A stretch of 64,000 nucleotides of DNA from Vicinamibacteria bacterium (GTDB lineage Bacteria; Acidobacteriota; Vicinamibacteria; Marinacidobacterales; Marinacidobacteraceae): NCBI GenBank assembly GCA_965115855.1, contig OZ220470.1:1335376-1399375 (forward strand), read 5' to 3'. The notes under the pieces are model-generated. The model made no database searches. It worked only from the letters and a program-made list of their open reading frames with translations, and had not been told where the DNA came from. Positions 28,359 through 37,989 of the stretch are shown here, piece after piece. Both the position numbers and the translations under genes were made by a program. How positions within the stretch are numbered: the stretch's first letter is position 1; each line of letters starts with the position of its first letter.

Positions 28359-29792
28359 TCAGGAAGGGAGGCGGCGCGCCGTCTCCCGGATCCGGTCCCA
28401 GGCGCCCAGCACATGCTCCTCGCGGGTGTGGGTCTGGGCGACCACCATCCGCAGGGCGATGCCCGCCGCGGTGCGGGTATGGGTCAGGTGGAGCGCCCCC
28501 GAGCGGTTCAGCTCCTCGCAGAGCTCGAGATTCCGGGCATCCGCATCGTCGGTCCGGTACCGGAACGTGACGTGGTTCAACGGCGCCGGCGCCAGGATCT
28601 CGAAGTCCGGTGATTCCTCGACCAATTCGCGGAAGCGCTGTCCCAGCCGGATGTGCTCGCGGATGTGGCGACGGAGTCCCTCGGCGCCGTAATGGCGCAA
28701 CACCATCCACAGCTTCAGCGCCCGGAACCGCCGGCCCAGGGGGATGTGCCAGTCGCGGTAGTCCCACACTTCCCCCGCTTCCGAGGCTCGATTGCGCAGG
28801 TACTCCGGGGTCACCGAGAGCGTGTCCACCACCGCCCGCCGGTCGCGCACGAAGAAGACGTCGCAGTCGAAATTGGTGAACATCCACTTGTGCGGGTTGA
28901 AGCACCACGAGTCCGCCAGCTCGATTCCGTCCTGGAGGCGCCGGTACTCGGGACACAGGAACGCGGTTCCCGACATCGCTGCGTCCCCATGGACCCAGAT
29001 GCCATGCTCGCGGGCCACCTCCGCCAGCGCGCGCATCGGATCGAAGGCGCCGGTGGACGTGGTTCCGAGAGTCACCAGCAGAAAGCAGGGCTTCCGGCCG
29101 GCGGCGATGTCTTCCCGGACCATGCGGGCAAACGCGTCGGGACGCGCGGCAGCGGTCACCGGATCGACCGGGATGTCGCGGAGGAAATCGCTTCCGATCC
29201 CGGCGATCCGGACCCCCTTGAGCAGGGAGGAGTGGGATTCCGATGATCCATAGGCGACGAGCGGCATGCGAACCCCGCGCCGGTTGGACTCGAAACCGGT
29301 GGCCCGCTCGCGGGCGGCAAGAAGCGCGGTGAGCGTCGCCGAGGACGCGGTGTCCTGGATGACGCCGCCACCCGGCCCGTCCGAGCGGAAGGAGCGGGGC
29401 AAACCGAGCAGCTCCACCAGCCAGTCGAGCACGTGGGTCTCGAGTTCGGTGCAGGCCGGGCTGGTGGCCCAGAGCATCCCCTGCACGCCGAGCCCGGCCG
29501 AGACCAGTTCACCGAGAACCGAGGGACCGGAATTGTTCGACGGGAAGTAAGCGAAGAAGTTCGGGGATTGCCAGTGGGTGATTCCCGGCAGCACCACCCG
29601 GTCGAGATCCGCGAGGACGGCATCGAAGGGTTCGCCCTGCTCCGGAGGGTGTGCGGGCAGGCGGGAGCGGATCTGTCCCGGGCGCACCTCGGAACGAACC
29701 GGAAACTCCCCGACCCGACGCCAGTATGCGGCGATCCAGTCGAGAACCGCGGTTCCGTTGCGGACAAACTCCTCCGGCGACAGATGGTCCAT
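28359..29792 (-). CDS. Group II PLP-dependent aromatic-L-amino-acid decarboxylase (DDC-like)
   Basis: PGITHWQSPNFFAYFP, SPACTELE, GGGVIQ, NPHKW (PLP Lys), DYRDWHIPLGRRFRALKLW. Confidence 0.9.
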   Translation of the reverse strand: MDHLSPEEFVRNGTAVLDWIAAYWRRVGEFPVRSEVRPGQIRSRLPAHPPEQGEPFDAVLADLDRVVLPGITHWQSPNFFAYFPSNNSGPSVLGELVSAGLGVQGMLWATSPACTELETHVLDWLVELLGLPRSFRSDGPGGGVIQDTASSATLTALLAARERATGFESNRRGVRMPLVAYGSSESHSSLLKGVRIAGIGSDFLRDIPVDPVTAAARPDAFARMVREDIAAGRKPCFLLVTLGTTSTGAFDPMRALAEVAREHGIWVHGDAAMSGTAFLCPEYRRLQDGIELADSWCFNPHKWMFTNFDCDVFFVRDRRAVVDTLSVTPEYLRNRASEAGEVWDYRDWHIPLGRRFRALKLWMVLRHYGAEGLRRHIREHIRLGQRFRELVEESPDFEILAPAPLNHVTFRYRTDDADARNLELCEELNRSGALHLTHTRTAAGIALRMVVAQTHTREEHVLGAWDRIRETARRLPS

Positions 29793-29801
29793 GCGGCGCG
29801 G

Positions 29802-30131
29802 TCAGGACCGGGGCAGTTCGTCGATCCGGGCGGCGAGGACGAAATCGCTTTCCGTCAGTCCGTTGATCTTGTGGGTCCAGATGGTCACGCCCACCTTGCC
29901 CCACGCGACCAGCAGGTCGGGATGGTGTCCTTCGCTCTCGGCCACCTCCCCGATCCGGTTGGCGAATCGGAGCGCGCTCGCGAAATCGGGAAACGTGAAC
30001 GTCTTGCCGATGTCGTGATGCTCCCGGTGGGACCAGCCTTTGACCTGGTCGAGGTAGCCCTCGACCTCCGCCGGGGAAAGCGGCGGAATTCCGCCGCGGC
30101 ACGGAACGCAGTGTTTTTCGGACAGTTTCAT
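29802..30131 (-). CDS. phhB: Pterin-4-alpha-carbinolamine dehydratase
   Basis: CVPCRGG, F.FPDF, GHHPDL...WGKV, WTHKINGL.ESDF.LAARID. Confidence 0.9.
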   Translation of the reverse strand: MKLSEKHCVPCRGGIPPLSPAEVEGYLDQVKGWSHREHHDIGKTFTFPDFASALRFANRIGEVAESEGHHPDLLVAWGKVGVTIWTHKINGLTESDFVLAARIDELPRS

Positions 30132-31011
30132 GGCCGGAAGTATCCCGCAACTGCCGGGACGACGCCGCTCCCCGGACACGGGATCGAGGATGCCGGACCG
30201 GCGCGGCCCGGTCGGCGGTGCGCCGGAGCGGTCCGGCGGCGCCCGGTCAACAGGACCGGCGCCCCGACGCCGCAGATGCGGAAGTCCGGGGGCGCCCCTC
30301 CCCGGGGGAGGCGTCGGTCCCTCGCTCCCCCCAGGACACGCCGCCCGTCGAGACGGCCGGTAGCGGACGCCGAGCCGCATGCCCGGCCCGGATCCGCCGC
30401 CACGCGACGGCCCGGACCGGGTGCCTCCACCGGGTCCCTCCCCGGTAAGGCGCCGTCCCGACCGAAACCCCGCCAACGGGCTGGAGCGCACCGGGTTCCG
30501 GTCGAACATCCGCTGCACTCCGGTTCCCTCCCCCCTGCCACGGCGCCGCCTCGGGCCCCTCGGCGCCGGGGTCGGCGCCATCGCCCCCACTCCCGCCGAT
30601 GACGGGAGCGCGCGGCTCCGCAACTCCACCGTCAGTCCCGGATCCGGCCATCCGCTCCCGCCGACCTCCACCGCGTCGCCCCGGTCGTCCAGCGCCCCGT
30701 CCCGCCCGCACCGGCAGCGGCATCCCCGCTCGTGCGAGCCCTCCCCATCACCGGCAGCCGGTGCCCATCAAGGCCCGACTCCGATGCCGCGGCAAGGCGT
30801 GCACGGGAACCCTCGCCCTTCACTGCCAGCCGGGTCATCCCGCCCGCGCTCCCCGAACGTCCCGCTCGACATCCCCCCTGCCCAACCGCTCCCCGCTCCT
30901 ATGGTGGCCGCTCGCCCACCGGTTCGATCCGTCCGTCGCCAGCCTCGCGGAGCCCCGTGCCCGACGCCGCGGATTCCCGGGGCCGGAGGGAGCGCTCGCG
31001 GCGGTTCCGGG

Positions 31012-32316
31012 CTATTCCCGCCGGGCCGGGCGCGAGCGGTACTTCTCGTAGAGCTCCTGATGGCGGTTGTCGAGCGAGACCGGAACGCCGTCGATGAACA
31101 CGTGGTGGATGCCGGTGCGGATCTCCAGCGGGTCGCCATCCACGAGGATCAGGTTCGCCACCTTGCCCTCCTCGATGGTCCCGTAATCCTCGTCGAGACC
31201 GAAGAGCCGCGCCGGGGTCACGGTGAGGGCCCGGATCGCCTCCTCCCGGGGAAGCCCGTACCCGACGGCGTGACCCGCCTCGTAGGGAAGAAGTCGTGCG
31301 TTCGACGATCCGAAAGTCGCAAAGGCAATCGCAACCCCGGCGGCGTGGAGGACGCCGGGAGTGGTGAACGGACGGTCGTAGGGAGCATCCTCGTCGGAGG
31401 GAAGCCGCTGGACCGGACCGAGGATGACCGGGATCCCCTTCCCGGCCAGCAACTCCTTCACTTCCCAGGCTCCGTTCCCGCCCAGGAGCATCATTCGAAC
31501 CTTCTGCTCCTCCGAGAACTCGACCGCTTCCCGAATCTCGCGGGCGCGATGTGCGATCACCAGCAGCGGCATCCGGCCGTCGATCACCGGGCGGAGCGCT
31601 TCGAGTCGCTGGTTCCGCCTCGCGGTCCCGGCGTCCCTTTCCGCGGCGTGCCGCCGCGCCGCCGCGAACACCTCGCCGAGTTCGGCCACCTCGCGCCGGT
31701 AGGCCTCGTCGGCTTCGCGGAAGGGCCGCCGTTGCTGCCCGGATGTCGGGCCCGGCCGGGTGTTCCGGACGGGCCAGAGCACCACCATTCCCGCGGAAGG
31801 CCGGATCCCCATCTCCTCCACTGTCCAGCCGTCCAGATTGACGATGGACGCCTGCCCGGTGATTCCGGGGCTGCCGCCCCGCCCGCCGAGACTCCCCGGC
31901 GCGACCACCGCGTGGGTGATTCCGTTGGCTCGCGCCACCGGCAGGTGTTCACTCGCGGGATGGATGGCGGTGGCGGCGCGAAGGTGCGGATTCATGGTTC
32001 CGAGTTCGGTGGTGTCCACCGTGGCGCTGACAGCGCCGATCTCGGTCAGCCCGAGCTGGCTCACCGAATCCATCATCCCGGGATAGACCTCGAGGCCCGC
32101 GGCGTCGAGCCTCCGCGCCCCCTCGGGCGCCGCAATATCCCCGATCGCGACGATGCGGCCGTCGCGGATCAGGATCGAAGCGTCCTCGAGCGGCGCCTCG
32201 CCCTCCACCAGGGTGTGCACCCGCGCCCCGGTGATCAGCCAGTACGTTTCCTCCTGCGCTCCCACCCCGACCGGAAGCAGGGACACCGCAATCGCGGTGG
32301 CGGCATGACGATTCAT
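31012..32316 (-). CDS. Secreted amidohydrolase-family protein (no HxH metal motif)
   Basis: Signal peptide; VYPGMMD, ARANGIT, GTIEEGKVANL...GDPL. Confidence 0.82.
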   Translation of the reverse strand: MNRHAATAIAVSLLPVGVGAQEETYWLITGARVHTLVEGEAPLEDASILIRDGRIVAIGDIAAPEGARRLDAAGLEVYPGMMDSVSQLGLTEIGAVSATVDTTELGTMNPHLRAATAIHPASEHLPVARANGITHAVVAPGSLGGRGGSPGITGQASIVNLDGWTVEEMGIRPSAGMVVLWPVRNTRPGPTSGQQRRPFREADEAYRREVAELGEVFAAARRHAAERDAGTARRNQRLEALRPVIDGRMPLLVIAHRAREIREAVEFSEEQKVRMMLLGGNGAWEVKELLAGKGIPVILGPVQRLPSDEDAPYDRPFTTPGVLHAAGVAIAFATFGSSNARLLPYEAGHAVGYGLPREEAIRALTVTPARLFGLDEDYGTIEEGKVANLILVDGDPLEIRTGIHHVFIDGVPVSLDNRHQELYEKYRSRPARRE

Positions 32317-33617
32317 CGCCGTTCCTCCCTTCCGGCCTTCAAGCGCCCTTCCCGTTCCGCTCGCTCGGCGGCCATCGCCTTGCGCATGGCGGCGTCCTTC
32401 TCGATACTGAAGACCAGCTCGCCGTCGAGCACCGTCATCCGGTTGACCGCGTAGGTGCTCAGCGGGTGCTTGTCGAAGATCGCGAGGTCGGCGTCCTTCC
32501 CCACCTCGAGGGATCCGACCCATGCGTCGATGCCCAGCTGGATGGCCGGGTTGATGGTGATCATGGCAAGGGCCTGCTCCCCGGTCATCCCGCCCCACTT
32601 GACCGTCTTCGCAGCCTCCTGATTGAGGTGCCGGGCCTCTTCGGCGCTGTCCGAATTGATCGAGACGAGGATGCCCCGCTCGGTCATGAGCGCGGCGTTG
32701 TGGGGGATCGCGTCCCAGGCCTCGACCTTGTACGCCCACCAGTCGGAGAAGGTGGAGGCGCCGGCCCCGTGCTCCGCAATCTCGTTCGCCACCTTGTAGC
32801 CCTCGAGTACATGCTGGAGGGTGGCGATCCGGAAACCGAACTCCTCGGCCAGCCGCAGCAGCTGCAGAATCTCGTCCTGGCGGTAGCAGTGGGCGTGCAC
32901 GAGCCGCGTGCCCTCCAGAATCTCCACCAGCGGCTCGAGAGCGAGGTTCCGCCGAGGAGGAAGCGCCCGTTCGCCGCGCGCCGACGCTTCCTCAAACGCG
33001 CGGCGCCGTTCCCGATACGCCTCGGCGTCGATGAAGGCCTGCCGGATCACATCCTGCACCCCCATCCGCGTTGCCGGATAGCGTCGTTCCACTCCGGGAG
33101 GCATGCCGCGTGATCGCTTGGGGTTTTCCCCCAGCGCGAATTTGATGCCCGGAGGCGCCCCGGCGAAGACCAGGCCAGCGGCGTCGGCGCCCCAACGGTG
33201 CTTGATCACCACATTCAGGCCGCCGATCGGATTCGCGCTGCCGTGGAGGATGTTGGAGGTGGTGACTCCACCGGCCAGCTCGCGATAGATGTTGATGTCG
33301 TCCGGATCGACCACGTCGCCGGTACCGGTCATCGAGGAAACGGCGACGCTCCCCTCGTTGATGGACTCGGCGGCGATATGGGAATGGGCGTCGATGATGC
33401 CGGGCATCACGAACATGCCCCGGGCGTCGACAACCTCCACCCCGTCGGGCAGGGACACCGTCTCCCCGATCTCGGCGATCTTGCCGTCACGAACGAGGAT
33501 CGAGCCCGGCGCGAGGGTTCCGCCGGTGACCGTGAGGATCGTGCCTCCCTGGACCACCAGATCCTGCGAGACCGCGGGAGCGGCGAGCAGCAGGAGGGAA
33601 AGGAGCCTCAATTGCAT
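32313..33617 (-). CDS. Secreted amidohydrolase-family protein (metal motifs intact)
   Basis: PGIIDAHSH, GSANPIGG, KFALGENPK, HAHCY, QHVLEGYK, INSDS, GSLEVGKDAD. Confidence 0.88.
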   Translation of the reverse strand: MQLRLLSLLLLAAPAVSQDLVVQGGTILTVTGGTLAPGSILVRDGKIAEIGETVSLPDGVEVVDARGMFVMPGIIDAHSHIAAESINEGSVAVSSMTGTGDVVDPDDINIYRELAGGVTTSNILHGSANPIGGLNVVIKHRWGADAAGLVFAGAPPGIKFALGENPKRSRGMPPGVERRYPATRMGVQDVIRQAFIDAEAYRERRRAFEEASARGERALPPRRNLALEPLVEILEGTRLVHAHCYRQDEILQLLRLAEEFGFRIATLQHVLEGYKVANEIAEHGAGASTFSDWWAYKVEAWDAIPHNAALMTERGILVSINSDSAEEARHLNQEAAKTVKWGGMTGEQALAMITINPAIQLGIDAWVGSLEVGKDADLAIFDKHPLSTYAVNRMTVLDGELVFSIEKDAAMRKAMAAERAEREGRLKAGREERR

Positions 33618-34954
33618 CGGTTTTCTCCCCGATCCGCGTCGGTTTCCCGGTCATTCGGAACCGGGCGATGGAGTACCCCGTCCACGAAGACCGCCTCGAG
33701 GACGGCGCCCTCGTCGAGGGGGTGCCGGTCGACAACCAGCACGTTGGCGATCCGCCCGGGAGCGAGCGAACCGATCCGGTCATCCAGTCCGAAGATCTGC
33801 GCCGGCGCCAGCGTGAGCGCGGTGAGCGCGGCTTCCCGGTCGAGTCCCCGGTCCACCGCGGTGCGGACCGCATCGAGGGCGTCCTTCCCGCCGCCGTGGA
33901 ACCCGAACCGGACACCGGCGGCTGCCAGCGCCGCCGGCCCGGCCGGAGCGCGATCCCGCAACCGGAGTTCCCGGAGCGGCACGACGGCCTCCGGATCGGC
34001 GTTCCGGTCGGCTTTCGGCCAGCGGAGGTCCACCAGCACCGAAGCCCTGTGTTCGGCGAGGAACGAGGCGGCGGATTCCGCTTCGTGGCCACCGTAAAGC
34101 ACCGGACGGATGCCGAGATCGGCGGCGAGCCGGACCATCCGCCGCATCTCCTTGTCCCGATTCCCGGGCAGGAGGACGGGCTGGCTGCCGGCCGCCGCGC
34201 GGGCGAGCGGAGCGAGCATCCGGTCGTAGCGGGGTCGCGGCAGCCCGGTGGGATCCTCCTCGTAGATGCGCCGGACCTCGCCGTAGTGCCGGACGTCGAG
34301 AAACAGCTGCCGGAGATAGGCGATCACCCCCATGATCGCGCTCGGAAAGGACCGGTTTCGCTGGGTCTCGAGGCGCACCATGAGGGCTGCCTCGGCGGAA
34401 AGGACGAGATCTCCCGGATCCTCGCCGAGGAGATTCCACCAGGCCGCGTGGCCGGAGATGATGCCGCCTTCGGGCGCCGAGACCGCGGAGGTGAACCCGG
34501 CGTTCCGGTACGCGGCAATCCGGTCATCGCCCAGGTCCAGAAGATCGGCGGCGCGGCGGTCCGCATGGGTGGCCGGGCGATCTCCCGGCCCTCGCGCCGG
34601 GTCGCCTTCCGGCGCCTTGTCCCCCGGGAGCCCGAGGTTTCCGAGGGCGTCCACCAGACCCGGAGCCACATGCTTCCCCGCCGCGTCCATGACGGCGGCT
34701 CCCGGCGGCGGGGTCGCATCGATGCCGACGGCGACGATGAGGCCGTCGCGCATCACCAGGTTGGCGCCCTCGAGGACGGCGCCATCTCCGACATGGACCG
34801 TGCCACCGACGATGGCGTGGGTTCGAGGCCCGCGATCGGCAACCTGACGCGACGAGAGCTGCGCGGCAGGCAGCGACTCGACGGAGACGGCCAGCAAGGA
34901 CACCGCGAGCGACGCGAGTACGCGGCCGCGAAGCCGCCAAGTGTGCCGCTTCAT
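33608..34954 (-). CDS. Secreted amidohydrolase-family protein (no HxH metal motif)
   Basis: Signal peptide; APGLVD, FP.AIMGVIAYLRQ, GSLAPGRIANVLV. Confidence 0.82.
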   Translation of the reverse strand: MKRHTWRLRGRVLASLAVSLLAVSVESLPAAQLSSRQVADRGPRTHAIVGGTVHVGDGAVLEGANLVMRDGLIVAVGIDATPPPGAAVMDAAGKHVAPGLVDALGNLGLPGDKAPEGDPARGPGDRPATHADRRAADLLDLGDDRIAAYRNAGFTSAVSAPEGGIISGHAAWWNLLGEDPGDLVLSAEAALMVRLETQRNRSFPSAIMGVIAYLRQLFLDVRHYGEVRRIYEEDPTGLPRPRYDRMLAPLARAAAGSQPVLLPGNRDKEMRRMVRLAADLGIRPVLYGGHEAESAASFLAEHRASVLVDLRWPKADRNADPEAVVPLRELRLRDRAPAGPAALAAAGVRFGFHGGGKDALDAVRTAVDRGLDREAALTALTLAPAQIFGLDDRIGSLAPGRIANVLVVDRHPLDEGAVLEAVFVDGVLHRPVPNDRETDADRGENRCN

Positions 34955-35462
34955 GATGCCGAGTCTGTCCGAGTCGGTGGCGGCGGTCAAGCGCCGCCGT
35001 CCCAGCCCCGTCCCCACGGGCCAGGGTCTTCCAGGGCGCGCAGGGGATCGACGGCTGGAGTCCCGGCCCCGTTCCCACGGGCCGGGGGCCTCCCGCTGGC
35101 GCAAACTGGAGCACGCGGTCCGGTTCGCCCCGTCCCGACGAGCCGGAGGCCTCCGCATGCCGGCATGCAACGCCCGCCGGACAGGACCGGGACGGTCGCG
35201 GGGCGGGGCGAGCGCCCGGGTGCCGGCCCCGTCCGGGAAGGCGCACGGCCCATGGCGGCCAACCCGGGACCGGGCGCCGCATCGGGTCAGGGTCCCGGGA
35301 GGCGTAGTCCCCAAGTACTTTCAGGATAGGGATCATCGCAGTCTCGGGCCACATCGGGTCGGGGTCCCGCGATACGTGGTCCCCTCGGGGCCACCGCCGC
35401 CTCCCCGCTGGTCACGTCCCGTTCCGCGCCCGCCGGCGGAGGCGCCGGCGACCGCGCGAACC

Positions 35463-35573
35463 GTCCCGGTGGAAGACGAAGACTCCCTGCCGCCGCATCC
35501 AGGCGCGAGGCCACCTCGCCGTGGATGTGCCGGCAAGTCCCGGTGGAAGACGAAGACTCCCTGCCGTCGCATC
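35463..35573. repeat. Pair of 37-bp direct repeats separated by 37 bp
   Basis: GTCCCGGTGGAAGACGAAGACTCCCTGCCG(C/T)CGCATC at 35463-35499 and 35537-35573. Confidence 0.8.
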
Positions 35574-35667
35574 TCCCCGGCGCACGGCCGCCTGCCGGCA
35601 AATGGAACCGGGGGACGGCTCCGACCCCATCTCCATCAAGCAGAATGCGCACCCGGCGCCTCTCCCG

Positions 35668-37980
35668 ATGACAGGAACAAGACACGCCCGGCCAACCGGC
35701 AGGGGCGCACGACTCGGAGCGCTGGGGGTGCTGGCCGCGGCGGTACTGGTGGCGATCCGGGGAGGCATCGGTGGCGGGACGCCCGGACCGGAGCCGACGG
35801 AGGGTGGCGCACCGGAGGCCGCCCGCGGCTTCGTTGAAGATCGACTCTGCGCTTCCTGTCACCCGCAGCAATACCGGGAATGGCGCGATTCGCACCACGA
35901 CCTCGCCATGCAGGAGGCCACCGAAGCCACCGTTCGGGGCGATTTCGAGGACGCCGTCTTCCGCCATTTCGGCGTGCAAACCCGCTTCTTCCGCCGGGAC
36001 GGGCGATTCCTCGTCAACACCGAAGGCCCGGACGGGACCCCGGAGGACTTCGAGGTCCGCTACCCGTTCGGCGTCGAACCCCTCCAGCAATACCTGCTCG
36101 CCCTGCCCGGCGGACGATTTCAGGCCCTCGGAATCGCCTGGGACACGGAACGGAATGAGTGGTTCCCCCTGTACCCCGACGAAGCGATCCCGGCCGGGGA
36201 TGCGCTCCACTGGACCGGGTGGCGCCAGAACGCCAACTCCGGCTGCATCGAATGCCACGTGACCGGTTTCCGCCGGGGCCACGATGCCACCCACAACCGG
36301 TTCCGCTCGACCTGGACCGCCGGGCATGTCGGCTGCCAGGCGTGTCACGGACCCGGCGGCGACCACGTCGCGTGGGCGGACGGACGGACATCGCGTGGCG
36401 GCGGGGCCGCCGACACCGGCTTGCGCGTGGAGTTTTCGAACAGCGTCGCCGAGGTCGAGGCCTGTGCCGCCTGCCACGCGCTGCGTACCGCGCTCGTTCC
36501 CGATCCATCCCCGGAGGCATCGTTCCCCGACAGCTTTCGCCCGGCGCTGCTCACCCCCGATGCCTACTACGCCGATGGCCAGATCCTGGGTGAGGTCTTC
36601 GAGTACGGCTCGTTCATCCAGAGCCGCATGTTCGCCGCCGGGGTCCGGTGCAGCGACTGCCATCACCCGCACACCCTCGAGCTACGGGCGTCGGGCAACG
36701 CGGTTTGCACGCAATGCCACCGTCCGGATCCGCCGCTCGACCGCTTCCCGACGCTCCCCGCAAAGGACTACGACTCCCCGGCCCATCACTTCCATCCGGA
36801 AGCGAGCGAGGGCGCCCGCTGCGCGAACTGCCACCTGCCGGAACGCGCGTACATGATCGTGGATCCGCGCCGGGACCACAGCTTCCGCATCCCGCGTCCG
36901 GACGTGTCCGCGGCAACGGGCAGCCCGGACGCCTGCACCACCTGCCATTCCGGGCAGGACCAGGAGTGGGCCGCGACCACCATCGCCGCCTGGTACGGAC
37001 CAGAACGCCGGCGCGAGTCCCACTACGGACCGGCGCTCGCCGGCGGGCGCCGGGGACGCCCGGCGGCGCGGACCGAACTGATCCGCCTCATCCGGGACCG
37101 GGAACAGCCCGCCATTGTCCGGGCCACGGCCACGCAACTCCTCATCCGGTACGGAAGCGGCGGCCTGCCGGTGGTACCCGAGGTCTTCGAGGATTCGGAA
37201 CCGCTGGTCCGGGCCGCAGCGGCCGCCGGCCTCGAGACACTGGCCGCCGGGGAACGCTTCCGTCTCGGCACGCTTCTCCTCGAGGATCCGGTTCGGCTGG
37301 TCCGGGTGGAGGCCGCGCGCGCCATGGCGCCCCGGTCGGGGGACCTTCGGGGACGCCACCGCGACGTGTTCCTGGCGGCAGCTTCCGAGGTCCGGATCGC
37401 GGCCGGCGTGCGCTCCGGCACGCCGGAGTCGGCCTTCAACCTCGGCAACTTCCACATCGCCACCGGAGACCACCAACGGGCGGTCCGCGACTATCGGAGC
37501 GCGCTGGCGCTCGATCCTGCCTTCGTTCCGGCGAGTCTGAACCTCGCGACGCTGCTCAGCCGGCTCGGGCGGAACACCGACGCCGAGGACACGCTCCAAA
37601 ACGCCCTCGCCGCCGATCGGGACTCGGGAGACACTCATTACGCGCTCGCGCTCCTGATGGCCGAGGATGGTCGGCTCCGGGAGGCGCTCCCCCGGTTCGA
37701 GCGCGCCACCGAACTCCTGCCGGACCAGGCGCGCGTCCACTACAACCACGGGCTCGCGCTCCAGCGCCTCGATCGGCGCGGGGAAGCCGAAGCCGCCCTC
37801 AGGCGGGCCCATGCCCTCGAACCGGACACCTCCCGGTTCCTCCATGCGCTCGCCGTCCTGCATGCGCAGGAGGGGCGGTGGGCCGAAGCCCTGCCCTGGG
37901 CCGAACGGGCAACGGAAACGGGCGGAGGCCCCGACGCCGGCGCCCTGCTGGCGCGCATCCGTCGCGAGCTCTCCCGCTGA
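35668..37980 (+). CDS. Multiheme c-type cytochrome with HEAT and TPR repeats
   Basis: N-terminal TM/signal; 8 CxxCH motifs (CASCH, CIECH, CQACH, CAACH, CSDCH, CTQCH, CANCH, CTTCH); RDHSFRIPRP; C-terminal TPRs. Start uncertain. Confidence 0.88.
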   Translation: MTGTRHARPTGRGARLGALGVLAAAVLVAIRGGIGGGTPGPEPTEGGAPEAARGFVEDRLCASCHPQQYREWRDSHHDLAMQEATEATVRGDFEDAVFRHFGVQTRFFRRDGRFLVNTEGPDGTPEDFEVRYPFGVEPLQQYLLALPGGRFQALGIAWDTERNEWFPLYPDEAIPAGDALHWTGWRQNANSGCIECHVTGFRRGHDATHNRFRSTWTAGHVGCQACHGPGGDHVAWADGRTSRGGGAADTGLRVEFSNSVAEVEACAACHALRTALVPDPSPEASFPDSFRPALLTPDAYYADGQILGEVFEYGSFIQSRMFAAGVRCSDCHHPHTLELRASGNAVCTQCHRPDPPLDRFPTLPAKDYDSPAHHFHPEASEGARCANCHLPERAYMIVDPRRDHSFRIPRPDVSAATGSPDACTTCHSGQDQEWAATTIAAWYGPERRRESHYGPALAGGRRGRPAARTELIRLIRDREQPAIVRATATQLLIRYGSGGLPVVPEVFEDSEPLVRAAAAAGLETLAAGERFRLGTLLLEDPVRLVRVEAARAMAPRSGDLRGRHRDVFLAAASEVRIAAGVRSGTPESAFNLGNFHIATGDHQRAVRDYRSALALDPAFVPASLNLATLLSRLGRNTDAEDTLQNALAADRDSGDTHYALALLMAEDGRLREALPRFERATELLPDQARVHYNHGLALQRLDRRGEAEAALRRAHALEPDTSRFLHALAVLHAQEGRWAEALPWAERATETGGGPDAGALLARIRRELSR

Positions 37981-37989
37981 CCGTCCGGA

